DNA of 64,000 nt from Dehalococcoidia bacterium (GTDB taxonomy: Bacteria > Chloroflexota > Dehalococcoidia > Lucifugimonadales > Lucifugimonadaceae). Positions 38,143 through 46,419 of the stretch are shown one piece after another. The stretch is taken from positions 4,578 to 68,577 of the forward strand of contig CBDESY010000003.1 in NCBI GenBank assembly GCA_965242765.1, written 5' to 3'. Numbering within the stretch: position 1 is the stretch's first letter; each line of letters starts with the position of its first letter. Made by a program: the position numbers and the translations under genes. Below the pieces are notes generated by a model. That model was not told the origin of the DNA and did no database searches. It worked only from the letters and a program-made list of their open reading frames with translations.

Positions 38143-38982
38143 ATGACCAAAGGATTGGGATTGATGATACTGGTTTGCGTCGTCGCAATGGGTTGCGACT
38201 TCCTGACGCAATCGCCAGCATCGAACCGAGAACGTGCAGTTCAAGGATCGCCGGACGCAGACATTCTCGCCGTCGATACAAGCGAAGAAATCGAGGTTGT
38301 AGATGATGTCGATCTCGATTCCTCTATCGAGGACGGATTCGTTGAAGACCGACCATTGTCAGACGTCATCAAGAACGAAGCCTGCGAAATGGTTCGGACG
38401 ATTGTAAGTGGTGAAACATCGCACAGCGATTTCACTCGATGGATTTTCGGACAGCCAGACCTGATGGGCGACGCGCTCATAGCCGACTTCTTCCACAACG
38501 CACTGAGGGTTTACGCAAAATTGCACCAAAGCGCAATTCACCCAGACGAGACGTTCAACGAAACGTTTACGGCAAATCGCAACGCTATGCTTGAGGTTTT
38601 GGAGATTCGTTGCGGACTGGCTACGAACATCGGCGCGCAAGGACTACCGCCGGGATGTTCAATGTGGGATCAATACATCGTAGGGGCTATAAGCTCATAC
38701 CAGTTCGAATCAGATTATGTAGCTCAGATAGGAACACCGACATATTGGGACGATTACAATTCCGAGTTGGCATTCTTGTCGATTATCTTCAGAGGTGCAA
38801 ACCTAGGGAACGACTTCACTACGGCGAACGCGGATTTGGATTGGGAGATAGGCGCGCTTCATACCATGATCGACGAAGTCTGCGACCCCAATTCATATCG
38901 TGACCAAGTTGACGATCAAGATTTAAGCATCGAAGACATCCCGCCAGAATTGTTGCCCGAAGGATTCGAAAATGGCGGGTAA
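38143..38982 (+). CDS. acidic lipoprotein
   Basis: 279 aa with 'MTKGLGLMILVCVVAMGC|DF' (signal peptide plus lipobox-like AMGC). GGAG lies 5 nt upstream of the ATG. Confidence 0.65.
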   Translation: MTKGLGLMILVCVVAMGCDFLTQSPASNRERAVQGSPDADILAVDTSEEIEVVDDVDLDSSIEDGFVEDRPLSDVIKNEACEMVRTIVSGETSHSDFTRWIFGQPDLMGDALIADFFHNALRVYAKLHQSAIHPDETFNETFTANRNAMLEVLEIRCGLATNIGAQGLPPGCSMWDQYIVGAISSYQFESDYVAQIGTPTYWDDYNSELAFLSIIFRGANLGNDFTTANADLDWEIGALHTMIDEVCDPNSYRDQVDDQDLSIEDIPPELLPEGFENGG

Positions 38983-39775
38983 ACGACGAACGCTTTACCT
39001 GAACAACGACGACGAATGGAACCAGTTCAAAGCATTGGCGAAGCCGAGTCCGTCGGCGGTGATAAGCGACTTCGTAAGGTCATACATCGGTACGGACAAA
39101 GCCGCGCCACAACCAAAGAAACCTAAGCGCAACATCGATCTTCAGGTAATCAAAGAGTTGTGCAACAGTCACGCTTGGTTTCAAGTTCTCTGGAACTACC
39201 AACCGGAGCGATGGTGGTTTCATCTAGACCTTGATCCTGCAGGATGGGTTGAACACGTTGAAGCCGTCTACGGATGTTGCGATTTAGTTCTCGAAGCCGT
39301 ATCCGCAATCGATTATCTGAGTGCCAAGGGACTTGTGCGAACCAACATCATCTCGTTTTTTGAAGCCAACTGGTTGCAGCGTTCTTTTACGCATCAAGGG
39401 CATCTTGAAAACACTGCGACTGACAGGACGTATTCACAACCTACGCAGTCGGGGACATTCGATAAGCCAAGTGAAGCTGATATTTGTTGCTGGAAACGCA
39501 CTTTGGAGAGCATACGCAAAGCACTCCGCAACGATTCTGACTTCAATACGTATCTTGCAAATACTCAGTTGATAGGTTTGCGTCGCAACATCGCTTACGT
39601 CCGAGTTCCGAACGCATACCGCGCCCAGTGGATCGAAACGCACGTGAAGGGTGCAATGCGACGCGGCCTTGAACAATCGTTTGGTCGCAAAATCAAGACC
39701 GAGTTCATCTTCGACGAAGGTACTGTTACCTTAAGCCGAGTTGACTTCGCACAACTTTCCAACCGCGGTACCTAG
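38972..39775 (+). CDS. RHH-like N-terminus fused to a DnaA-domain-I-like C-terminus
   Basis: N-terminus 'RRTLYLNNDDEWNQFKALAK...AVISDFVRSYI' (ribbon-helix-helix pattern). The C-terminus 'CWKRTLESIRKAL..DSDFNTYLANTQLIGLRRNIAYVRVPNAYRAQWIETHV...LEQSFGRKIKTEFIF' parallels E. coli DnaA residues 'LWQQCLARLQDEL..EFSMWIRPLQ...LALYAPNRFVLDWVRDKY'. Confidence 0.55.
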   Translation: MAGKRRTLYLNNDDEWNQFKALAKPSPSAVISDFVRSYIGTDKAAPQPKKPKRNIDLQVIKELCNSHAWFQVLWNYQPERWWFHLDLDPAGWVEHVEAVYGCCDLVLEAVSAIDYLSAKGLVRTNIISFFEANWLQRSFTHQGHLENTATDRTYSQPTQSGTFDKPSEADICCWKRTLESIRKALRNDSDFNTYLANTQLIGLRRNIAYVRVPNAYRAQWIETHVKGAMRRGLEQSFGRKIKTEFIFDEGTVTLSRVDFAQLSNRGT

Positions 39776-41060
39776 CACCACCAGACCGACTCGGTTGTGT
39801 GCTGAACGGCTCGCCGCCTAGAGCGTGGAAGGCGCGATAAATCATGCGTTGCGTGAAGCCGTGATTTGGTACCGCGGCGTTTAACCATCGAATCAACGAT
39901 GGTGCATGAATGATGACGTGCTGCGGGAACTGCACCGGCAACCACGGCGGATAACTTTCAACATCAAACGACGCTGCCTGTTTCGGTTGCTTGTTGGTGG
40001 CCGGATTAGAGAGGATGTATTGAGTGCAAAGCGCGCGAAAATGCGAGGTTGACGTTTCTTGATCGCCCATATCCAGTCGTTCCGCGCAGTCAAACAACGT
40101 TTGGGCGATGTTCGACCATTCGTCCATCGTGTAGTTGTTAATCATGTCTTTCATGTAAGGCGATAAGCGTTCTCGGAACAAACTGAGTTTCAACACTTCG
40201 CGGACCTTGAGCGACAGAACACGCAACCGATCATCGTATGGATCCCAAATATGGAAATCAAAGTCGGGTTGGTCGCCTTTGTACATGACGATCTTGCGAA
40301 TATCAGTGCCAATATGGTCGTTCAGGCGCGCCAACCCATCGGTATTTTCGTTCTCGGTCGGTGGAACTGCCACGACTTCGCTGGTAATCGTCGGAACTGA
40401 TAGCGGTTCAGATTCCCCCGCCGAGTAATCCAACAACAACCGAACATCATGCTTTCGTTCGACGGCGAATACCAATTTCACGGGTTCGGCAGGCGATACA
40501 TCGTGGTTCATCGTATCTGGTAGATGCAGCCAGAACGGAACGTCATCGATGTTCTGCACCTCCCAACCATGTATCCGCGCGGCGACTTTCATCTGATTCG
40601 CAAAACTTCGATACGCTTTCACCATGTCCGCGCTTTGATCGGCAGACCGCAACTTCAATGGCTTGTCAAAAAGCCATACCGCTTCAAGCCCATCGCCGGT
40701 GTTTACCAACATCGTAGGATCGTTCAGGTCGGCGACCAAGTTGATCGCATCATCCCAATCAGGCTTGATGTAACGCTCTCGGTCTGGTGTGCGTTTGGCA
40801 AATCGGACGGCAAAACCTGGAATGCTAGCGATTTCTTCGGCTGCGAGTTTAGAGTCGTAAACCTCTACGCTGTCTTCATGCGGCCACGTCGCGAGCGACA
40901 CCAGCAACTCTTCATCGCTGTAACTCTGAAGGTAATCCTGAGCATCCTCTACGCTTTCAACCCAAATCGCCCTTTGAGTAATCGGGACCCACAACTGAAA
41001 CCCACTCTTAGGCGGGACTCGATTGAATATTTGCTCAAAGATCAACTTACCATCCACCAA
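39726..41060 (-). CDS. hypothetical replication-module protein, possibly degenerate AEP (primase-polymerase)-like
   Basis: 444 aa. 'NTGDGLEAVWLFDKP' sits where AEPs have sGxGxHxyw, and 'FWLHLPDTMNHD' where they have hRhPGTxNxK. No DxD motif is present. The 3' end overlaps the convergent 38972..39775 by 50 nt. Confidence 0.5.
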   Translation of the reverse strand: MVDGKLIFEQIFNRVPPKSGFQLWVPITQRAIWVESVEDAQDYLQSYSDEELLVSLATWPHEDSVEVYDSKLAAEEIASIPGFAVRFAKRTPDRERYIKPDWDDAINLVADLNDPTMLVNTGDGLEAVWLFDKPLKLRSADQSADMVKAYRSFANQMKVAARIHGWEVQNIDDVPFWLHLPDTMNHDVSPAEPVKLVFAVERKHDVRLLLDYSAGESEPLSVPTITSEVVAVPPTENENTDGLARLNDHIGTDIRKIVMYKGDQPDFDFHIWDPYDDRLRVLSLKVREVLKLSLFRERLSPYMKDMINNYTMDEWSNIAQTLFDCAERLDMGDQETSTSHFRALCTQYILSNPATNKQPKQAASFDVESYPPWLPVQFPQHVIIHAPSLIRWLNAAVPNHGFTQRMIYRAFHALGGEPFSTQPSRSGGARYRGWKVVRSQLGLR

Positions 41061-41310
41061 TATCAGACGTGGAGCCGCCTGAAAGTAACCCCGTTCGTTG
41101 CCACAGACGGAACCAGCAAGCGGCTTTCTTCAGTTTAGCACCTCGAAAGTGCATAGATATGCATACGAACACCATCAATCCAGCAACATGATTCTGGATA
41201 TTTTGCTCTCTGAATCCCTGGCGGTCTAACCCGCGAGTAAATCGCCGTATGTTACACTCTCAAACAGCACCGAGTTGATTGGGATACAACCATGCAGCAA
41301 AAGACGCAAC
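41061..41310. promoter_or_regulatory. divergent intergenic control region with 13-codon uORF (41292..41330)
   Basis: Gap between 39726..41060 (-) and the Replicase gene. The motif GCACCGAGTTGATTGG (41267-41282) lies 9 nt before an ATG. That ATG opens a mini-ORF 'MQQKTQHAFTNH' which overlaps the in-frame Replicase ATG at 41311. Confidence 0.4.
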
Positions 41311-42498
41311 ATGCCTTCACGAATCACTGAACGACACGTGAAGCGGTTCAACGAAGCCATCCCCGACGAACTCAAAGTGCTGGGCTACTCGGACGGGCCG
41401 GTTGCACCACGCGCAACCAACGACCTCGAAGCTGGAACCACGCACTTACCGCCGTCATGGGCTTTCAAGCGCATCTTCATAGAAATGTCCGCCGAGAACT
41501 GCTTCAATGGGATCTACCAAGACATCGATGAAGCCGATGCGGAGATGATTATCGATGAAGCAATCGAAGAACGTTTAGTAGTCCCCCCAAGTTACGTAAC
41601 GATCAACGATGCGACGGGGCATGCACAAGTCGGATGGTTCTTGAAAACACCAGTTCACAACAACCCCGGTCAATCTTCGTTCAAGGCACTCAACTTCTTC
41701 CATGCCATCGACGCTTACTACTCCCAAGTTCTGCGCGCAGACTCGGCTTTCAGTGGACGGATAATGCGTAATCCAGTACATCCACTCGCAAAGACCGAGT
41801 TTGGCTCCAAAGCCGACGGCTTCACATTAAGCGAACTGGCAAGCGTGATGCCGCCGTACACCAATCAGCTGCGTTTGATCAGGCAACGTGGCAAAAGCAC
41901 CTACGGAAAACGATACAACTCGAACCGACTACGCATCGAAGCTCAAAGCGTATCCTTTGGAATGCGGAATGAGTGGATAGCCAATGGCGCGGGACGCGGT
42001 TGGCGCAAGTACACCAACCACGGCGGAATCATGTACGTATGTGATGAGATAGAATCCGAGATAGTAGACCTCAATCAATGCTTGCCTTCACCAATGAAAG
42101 ATACTGAGGTCGCCTGTATCATTCGCAGTTTAGAGAAACAACGCATGACTTCCGGGTTTGCAGTTCAAGAACGTCGCCGACGGGCAGCCGACAGCGGACG
42201 TAAAAGCGGCATGGTGCGACGGGAACGCACCAAAGAGCGTGATCAAGCGATTGTCAGGGACTTTGGCACCACCGAGCGCGAGCAAAGTGCGCTAGGTCGC
42301 AAATACGGACTTTCACGCAAGGCGATACATCACATCCTGCGGCGCGATGGGGCTCTACTGTCGCCTAAAGAACGCGATGCCCAAATCGTAGACCTGTTTC
42401 TAAACAACAAAAACATCACCGATATCGCAACTCGGCTTCGGACATCCCGTCCAACTGTGTATCGGTGCCTTCAACGCAACGGATTGCATGGTGTATGA
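41311..42498 (+). CDS. plasmid-type replication initiator (ColE2/pAL5000 'Replicase' family, AEP-like) with C-terminal HTH
   Basis: 'YQDIDEADA' (DxD), 'VPPSYVTINDATGHAQVGWFLKTPV', 'YYSQVLRADSAFSGRIMRNPVHP' and 'GFTLSELASVM' match the recalled Replicase family signature. C-terminal 'ITDIATRLRTSRPTVYRCLQRNG'. The track's TTG start is at 41275. Confidence 0.7.
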   Translation: MPSRITERHVKRFNEAIPDELKVLGYSDGPVAPRATNDLEAGTTHLPPSWAFKRIFIEMSAENCFNGIYQDIDEADAEMIIDEAIEERLVVPPSYVTINDATGHAQVGWFLKTPVHNNPGQSSFKALNFFHAIDAYYSQVLRADSAFSGRIMRNPVHPLAKTEFGSKADGFTLSELASVMPPYTNQLRLIRQRGKSTYGKRYNSNRLRIEAQSVSFGMRNEWIANGAGRGWRKYTNHGGIMYVCDEIESEIVDLNQCLPSPMKDTEVACIIRSLEKQRMTSGFAVQERRRRAADSGRKSGMVRRERTKERDQAIVRDFGTTEREQSALGRKYGLSRKAIHHILRRDGALLSPKERDAQIVDLFLNNKNITDIATRLRTSRPTVYRCLQRNGLHGV

Positions 42499-42586
42499 TG
42501 ACAGCACGATCCTTTGATGATTTGGGATTGTGCTTTTCCCGCCGACTGCCACGCGATTGAACTCGAAAGGGTCTTGGCAGGACGGC

Positions 42587-42636
42587 GGGTTTTTAGCAAC
42601 TAAAAACCCCGCGCCATTGCTGGCGCGGGGTTAGAT
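42587..42636. terminator. bidirectional terminator between convergent genes
   Basis: GC stem ccccgcgcc (42607-42615) pairing with ggcgcgggg (42622-42630), with TTTTTAG following on the minus strand. It overlaps an AT-rich stem gggttttta (42587-42595) pairing with taaaaaccc (42601-42609). Confidence 0.6.
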
Positions 42637-42653
42637 TCATCGTTGCGCAGTTT

Positions 42654-43118
42654 TCAGACAGGCATCCAAGATGTGACTACTTTTGATCTCCATGCTTCAA
42701 GCACATCCGCCGGCGTTTTGGTGGGGATAGTGCCTATCCGACAAACTGACATTCTGGTTGAGTCGTTCTCGGTCCAAATCCAAGCGAAGATGACCCGAAA
42801 GGTTTCGTCGTCGATGGCATCGTATTCGTGGCCCGGATAGTCATCTTGGATGAACTCAATACATCTTGGGTGGTCTTTCCAGTCACCGAAGTGATCGCAA
42901 CTTGAAGTGACGTAAACCTCGTCGAGATTGGAGAGTAACTCGGACATAGAAGCGTTGGCGCGGTCGATAGACTCAAAAGCGGTGTCCACGAATCCTTTTA
43001 GATCGCTCTGGAAACTGCCTACAAATTTTCCAGAGTGAAATGTTTTGAACTCATACCACGCCGAGGGATGTTCATCAGCGTCTTTTTTGAGTGCAATAGG
43101 GTCGGTGATGCGGTTCAT
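42654..43118 (-). CDS. hypothetical protein
   Basis: 154-aa acidic ORF. No motif recognised. Confidence 0.55.
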   Translation of the reverse strand: MNRITDPIALKKDADEHPSAWYEFKTFHSGKFVGSFQSDLKGFVDTAFESIDRANASMSELLSNLDEVYVTSSCDHFGDWKDHPRCIEFIQDDYPGHEYDAIDDETFRVIFAWIWTENDSTRMSVCRIGTIPTKTPADVLEAWRSKVVTSWMPV

Positions 43119-43123
43119 GCGGT

Positions 43124-43609
43124 TCAGTATCCAATTTCAAGCACATCCGCAATTTCTTTGATCGAGTAGACGACGTGGTACTCCCCGCCGTTCGAGATGA
43201 TTGTTTCGCCCATTATTTCCTGAGTTCCAGTCGGCTTACCTTTGCTGGATTTGAGTTCAAACGCTATGAACCGATAGCCTTTGAGAACGATGATGTCAGG
43301 CACGCCGGGCTGTCCAGTAGAGTAAACACCACCAGGCACCGCTAGGGACGACGTGTCGAAGTAGCAGACCTTATTGATTTTCAGAAAACAGACTGCGAGG
43401 TGTTGAAACACCGCTTCACGTTCGAATTTGTGGTCGATTTGTATCGGAAACATCCTCGCATTGCCCTCTCGTTGCCTTTCAGATTTCGGTCTGCGAGTTG
43501 GTGCCTGTGCCATCTCGCAAATTTTTTGCGACCATCTATCTAGACGCTCTTTGGAACTTTGGATATCCCGTCCAAGCCTATCGATCAACAGTTTTTCTTT
43601 AGGTCCCAT
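43124..43609 (-). CDS. VRR-NUC-type (PD-(D/E)xK) nuclease
   Basis: 'GVPDIIVLKGYRFIAFELKSSKGKPTGTQEIMGETIISNGGEYHVV' fits the G.PD...ExK...Q...G pattern of VRR-NUC domains. Confidence 0.65.
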   Translation of the reverse strand: MGPKEKLLIDRLGRDIQSSKERLDRWSQKICEMAQAPTRRPKSERQREGNARMFPIQIDHKFEREAVFQHLAVCFLKINKVCYFDTSSLAVPGGVYSTGQPGVPDIIVLKGYRFIAFELKSSKGKPTGTQEIMGETIISNGGEYHVVYSIKEIADVLEIGY

Positions 43610-43627
43610 ATGTGTACCCTCCTTGGG

Positions 43628-43948
43628 CTAAAACATCGTCACTTGGCCTTCAAGCACCAGGGACTGTGGTGCATCGGCATCGTCGGCATCATCGAACTCT
43701 AGGAAATCCGCAAACGAAGTTCTCCTCGTGAAGTGCGGATCGTCGATTTCGACTATCGCCGGCGGTAGACAAGTCGGACGTCCCGGGCAGATTTGGCAGA
43801 CTGCTTGGAACAACCGACGAAAACCCGAACCGTCGATACGGTCCTGGTAGCCCGTATTGTGGCTATCCATGGAACATCCACACTTGGGGCAGTTCCCGTC
43901 CCCACGGGTGTAGTTTGTCCACGCAATATCCAATTTCCACTCATGCAT
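43628..43948 (-). CDS. Cys-rich zinc-binding protein with acidic tail
   Basis: 106 aa with 'CPKCGC...H' and 'CQICPGRPTC'. Confidence 0.5.
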   Translation of the reverse strand: MHEWKLDIAWTNYTRGDGNCPKCGCSMDSHNTGYQDRIDGSGFRRLFQAVCQICPGRPTCLPPAIVEIDDPHFTRRTSFADFLEFDDADDADAPQSLVLEGQVTMF

Positions 43949-44030
43949 TTTGCTACCTCTGAATCAGGCATCCTGTTTCCAGTATATAAGATGTTATATC
44001 AGCGCAAGCGTGGAATCGTGCATTTTGGGT

Positions 44031-44432
44031 GATTTTAGCCGATTTTAGCCGATTCTGAGGTATCCAAGGGGTATCGGCTAGAACGCCTGAAATCCGTCGA
44101 TTCTGGGCGATTCTAGGGTATCCAAGGGGTATCGGCTAGAACGCCTGAAATCCGTCGATTCTAGGGGATTCTAGGGTATCCAAGGGGTATCGGCTAGAAC
44201 GCCTGAAATCCGTCGATTCTGGGGGATTCTAGGGTATCCAAGGGGTATCGGCTAGAACGCCTGAAATCCGTCGATTCTAGGGGATTCTAGGGTATCCAAG
44301 GGGTATCGGCTAGAACGCCTGAAATCCGTCGATTCTAGGGGATTCTAGGGTATCCAAGGGGTATCGGCTAGAACGCCTGAAATCCGTCGATTCTAGGGGA
44401 TTCTAGGGGATCCAGTGGGTATCGGTTGAACC
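44031..44432. repeat. 58-bp tandem direct repeat, 6 near-perfect copies plus 1 degenerate copy (iteron-like)
   Basis: 'tatccaagggg' recurs at 44061, 44119, 44177, 44235, 44293 and 44351 (period 58), with a degenerate copy at 44409. The array is preceded by gattttagcc x2. It is flanked by ATGTTATAT at 43991-43999 and 44477-44485. Confidence 0.95.
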
Positions 44433-44525
44433 TCGAAAATCGAGGATAGATTTCTCCGAAAACAGCACCACGTAACATGTTATATATGCTAGGATTGAAG
44501 AAACACTTGAGAAAGGAGCAATCTC

Positions 44526-45077
44526 ATGAAATATGAAATCGTATACGCAGACCCTCCCTGGATGGAACGCGGTGCAGGCAAATCGAAGCGTGGTGCCGAC
44601 CGCCATTATCCGTTGATGCACACCAACGACATCAAGGATGTCTGGCTTGACGTCGGCGATGATGTCGCTGATGATGCATTCCTGTTTCTCTGGGTCACGG
44701 ACAACTTCCTTGAGGACGGCTTAGCGGTGATGCGGACGTGGGGATTCCAATACAAAAGGACTTTCGTCTGGGTGAAGAACTCGATGGGACTTGGATTTTA
44801 CGCTCGCGGGCAACATGAAATCTGCCTCCTCGGTCTGAAGGGTAAGCCTGCCAGATCACGCCGTCCGGACGGCGGTAGCGGGGGACACGACATCGCACCA
44901 TCGGTTATTTTTGCCGATAAATCCAAGCACTCGAAGAAGCCCGAATCATTTTACGAGGTGATAGAAGGCTTTAAGTCATCCCCAGAATCCAAGTGCCTGG
45001 AACTGTTTGCGAGAAACACCCGTCCGGGATGGGACTCGTGGGGTAACGAACTGGAAACCCTACAACCTTCGCTATGA
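44526..45077 (+). CDS. MT-A70 family DNA (adenine) methyltransferase
   Basis: 183 aa with 'IVYADPPWMERGAG...HYPLM' (DPPW motif). AAGGAG lies 7 nt upstream of the ATG. Confidence 0.8.
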   Translation: MKYEIVYADPPWMERGAGKSKRGADRHYPLMHTNDIKDVWLDVGDDVADDAFLFLWVTDNFLEDGLAVMRTWGFQYKRTFVWVKNSMGLGFYARGQHEICLLGLKGKPARSRRPDGGSGGHDIAPSVIFADKSKHSKKPESFYEVIEGFKSSPESKCLELFARNTRPGWDSWGNELETLQPSL

Positions 45078-45385
45078 AGACATCCACTCGAAAAGACACA
45101 ACGCAGACCTTCAGGATAGCTCCGCTCTGGCTCCAGCACTACATCGATTGCTTGGGGAATGAAGCAGGGGACGATCTTAAGGTTCACGATACATCGGGGC
45201 GCGGAACTCGGCTAACGGCATCTGAATCGGTAGTGGACGACATGATCGACCACTGCATCGATTTGGGTTCACGCCAGGATGAAATCATCAACAAAAGGTT
45301 TCGAGCGGGTGTATTGCGAAGCCGACATGCCGCATTACGACGCTTGCTTGAAATCAAGGCAAAGTTCCAGGAGCAAAGTCAATAA
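45074..45385 (+). CDS. hypothetical protein
   Basis: 103 aa. ATGA overlap with the MT-A70 gene. Confidence 0.5.
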   Translation: MKTSTRKDTTQTFRIAPLWLQHYIDCLGNEAGDDLKVHDTSGRGTRLTASESVVDDMIDHCIDLGSRQDEIINKRFRAGVLRSRHAALRRLLEIKAKFQEQSQ

Positions 45386-45479
45386 GCCGAAACGGCGGCT
45401 TCATGCCGCCGTCCGCGCAATGGTGCGATTGCGCGCTGATGATGGCACAGGCACCAACTCGCAACCAAGGAGATAATCG

Positions 45480-45950
45480 ATGACCGATTTCAACAATAAA
45501 CATGAGCGAAACATCATGTATTTCGCCCTCAGAAGAACCTCGTCTGTGGGAATACGCGTACTCAACACATCGCAGGTTTACTTCGTTAACCAGGCGGGAC
45601 AGGATATCGGATGGTTCGCCAGCTTGCACCGATATCGAGGCGATCCAACTGTTTGGGAAGTTTACCGACCTAATTTTCGTGGGACCAGCAACGCCAACTC
45701 GCACATTTTCTGGAAGTCTTTTGATGATGTGCTAGAAGCCGCGCAGAACGTGGAATGGCAGATGCACAACATCAACGATGGCTACGCCGAAGAGTTTGGA
45801 TTGACAGAAAATCCCGACTGGATTAGACAACGTGCCATCCAAGAATACCTCGTTTGGTTAGATCGAATCAGCGAGTTTCGTGCCAAACACGATGCTTGGC
45901 TTCGATGTCGCCAAGCGGAGTTGCAAGCTGAAACGGCAGAAGCATCGTGA
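45480..45950 (+). CDS. hypothetical protein
   Basis: 156-aa ORF overlapping the next ORF by 4 nt. Confidence 0.55.
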   Translation: MTDFNNKHERNIMYFALRRTSSVGIRVLNTSQVYFVNQAGQDIGWFASLHRYRGDPTVWEVYRPNFRGTSNANSHIFWKSFDDVLEAAQNVEWQMHNINDGYAEEFGLTENPDWIRQRAIQEYLVWLDRISEFRAKHDAWLRCRQAELQAETAEAS

Positions 45951-46387
45951 TCTACCGACGAACCACACAACCAAATCCGCTTCGGCAACTGTTCACCATG
46001 TTGCCGAAGCTACGCTTCGTTTCATGGGGATGTTCAGAAACCGGACGATATAGCGAGGTGACAAGAGCCCACGTCCATGATGGTGGGATTTGTGTGTTGG
46101 AACGCAACGTCCGACCTGAAATGCTGTTGAACATCAACAGCGATGATCGATTGGTTCCAGCGACGCTGACGCTTCACGAATACGCTCATATCATCGCGCC
46201 GAACGAATACCATCACCACGGACTGCTATGGCAGGCTGCCTACCGAGAACTATGCTCGGATTTCAAGATGGAACCCGGTATCGTCGATTGTGATGCAGGT
46301 GATTGGTCGGTTCCAATAGGGACGTTTGAAGCTCTTGAGCAATCGGACGGATGGCACAGCCAAATCGAACCCGCGCTAGCGGTTTGA
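45947..46387 (+). CDS. stand-alone SprT/zincin-like metallopeptidase
   Basis: 'TLHEYAHIIAPNEYHHHGLLWQAAYRELC'. Same signature as the N-terminal domain of giant A. Confidence 0.6.
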   Translation: MIYRRTTQPNPLRQLFTMLPKLRFVSWGCSETGRYSEVTRAHVHDGGICVLERNVRPEMLLNINSDDRLVPATLTLHEYAHIIAPNEYHHHGLLWQAAYRELCSDFKMEPGIVDCDAGDWSVPIGTFEALEQSDGWHSQIEPALAV

Positions 46388-46419
46388 GAGGAATAAGAGA
46401 TGAGCGAAAGAAGTGACGT

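Noticed and set aside
44031-44432. Possible CRISPR array because of regularly spaced identical repeats
   Set aside because: The 58-bp units abut each other with no unique spacers between them. No cas genes or leader are present. It is a plain tandem repeat.
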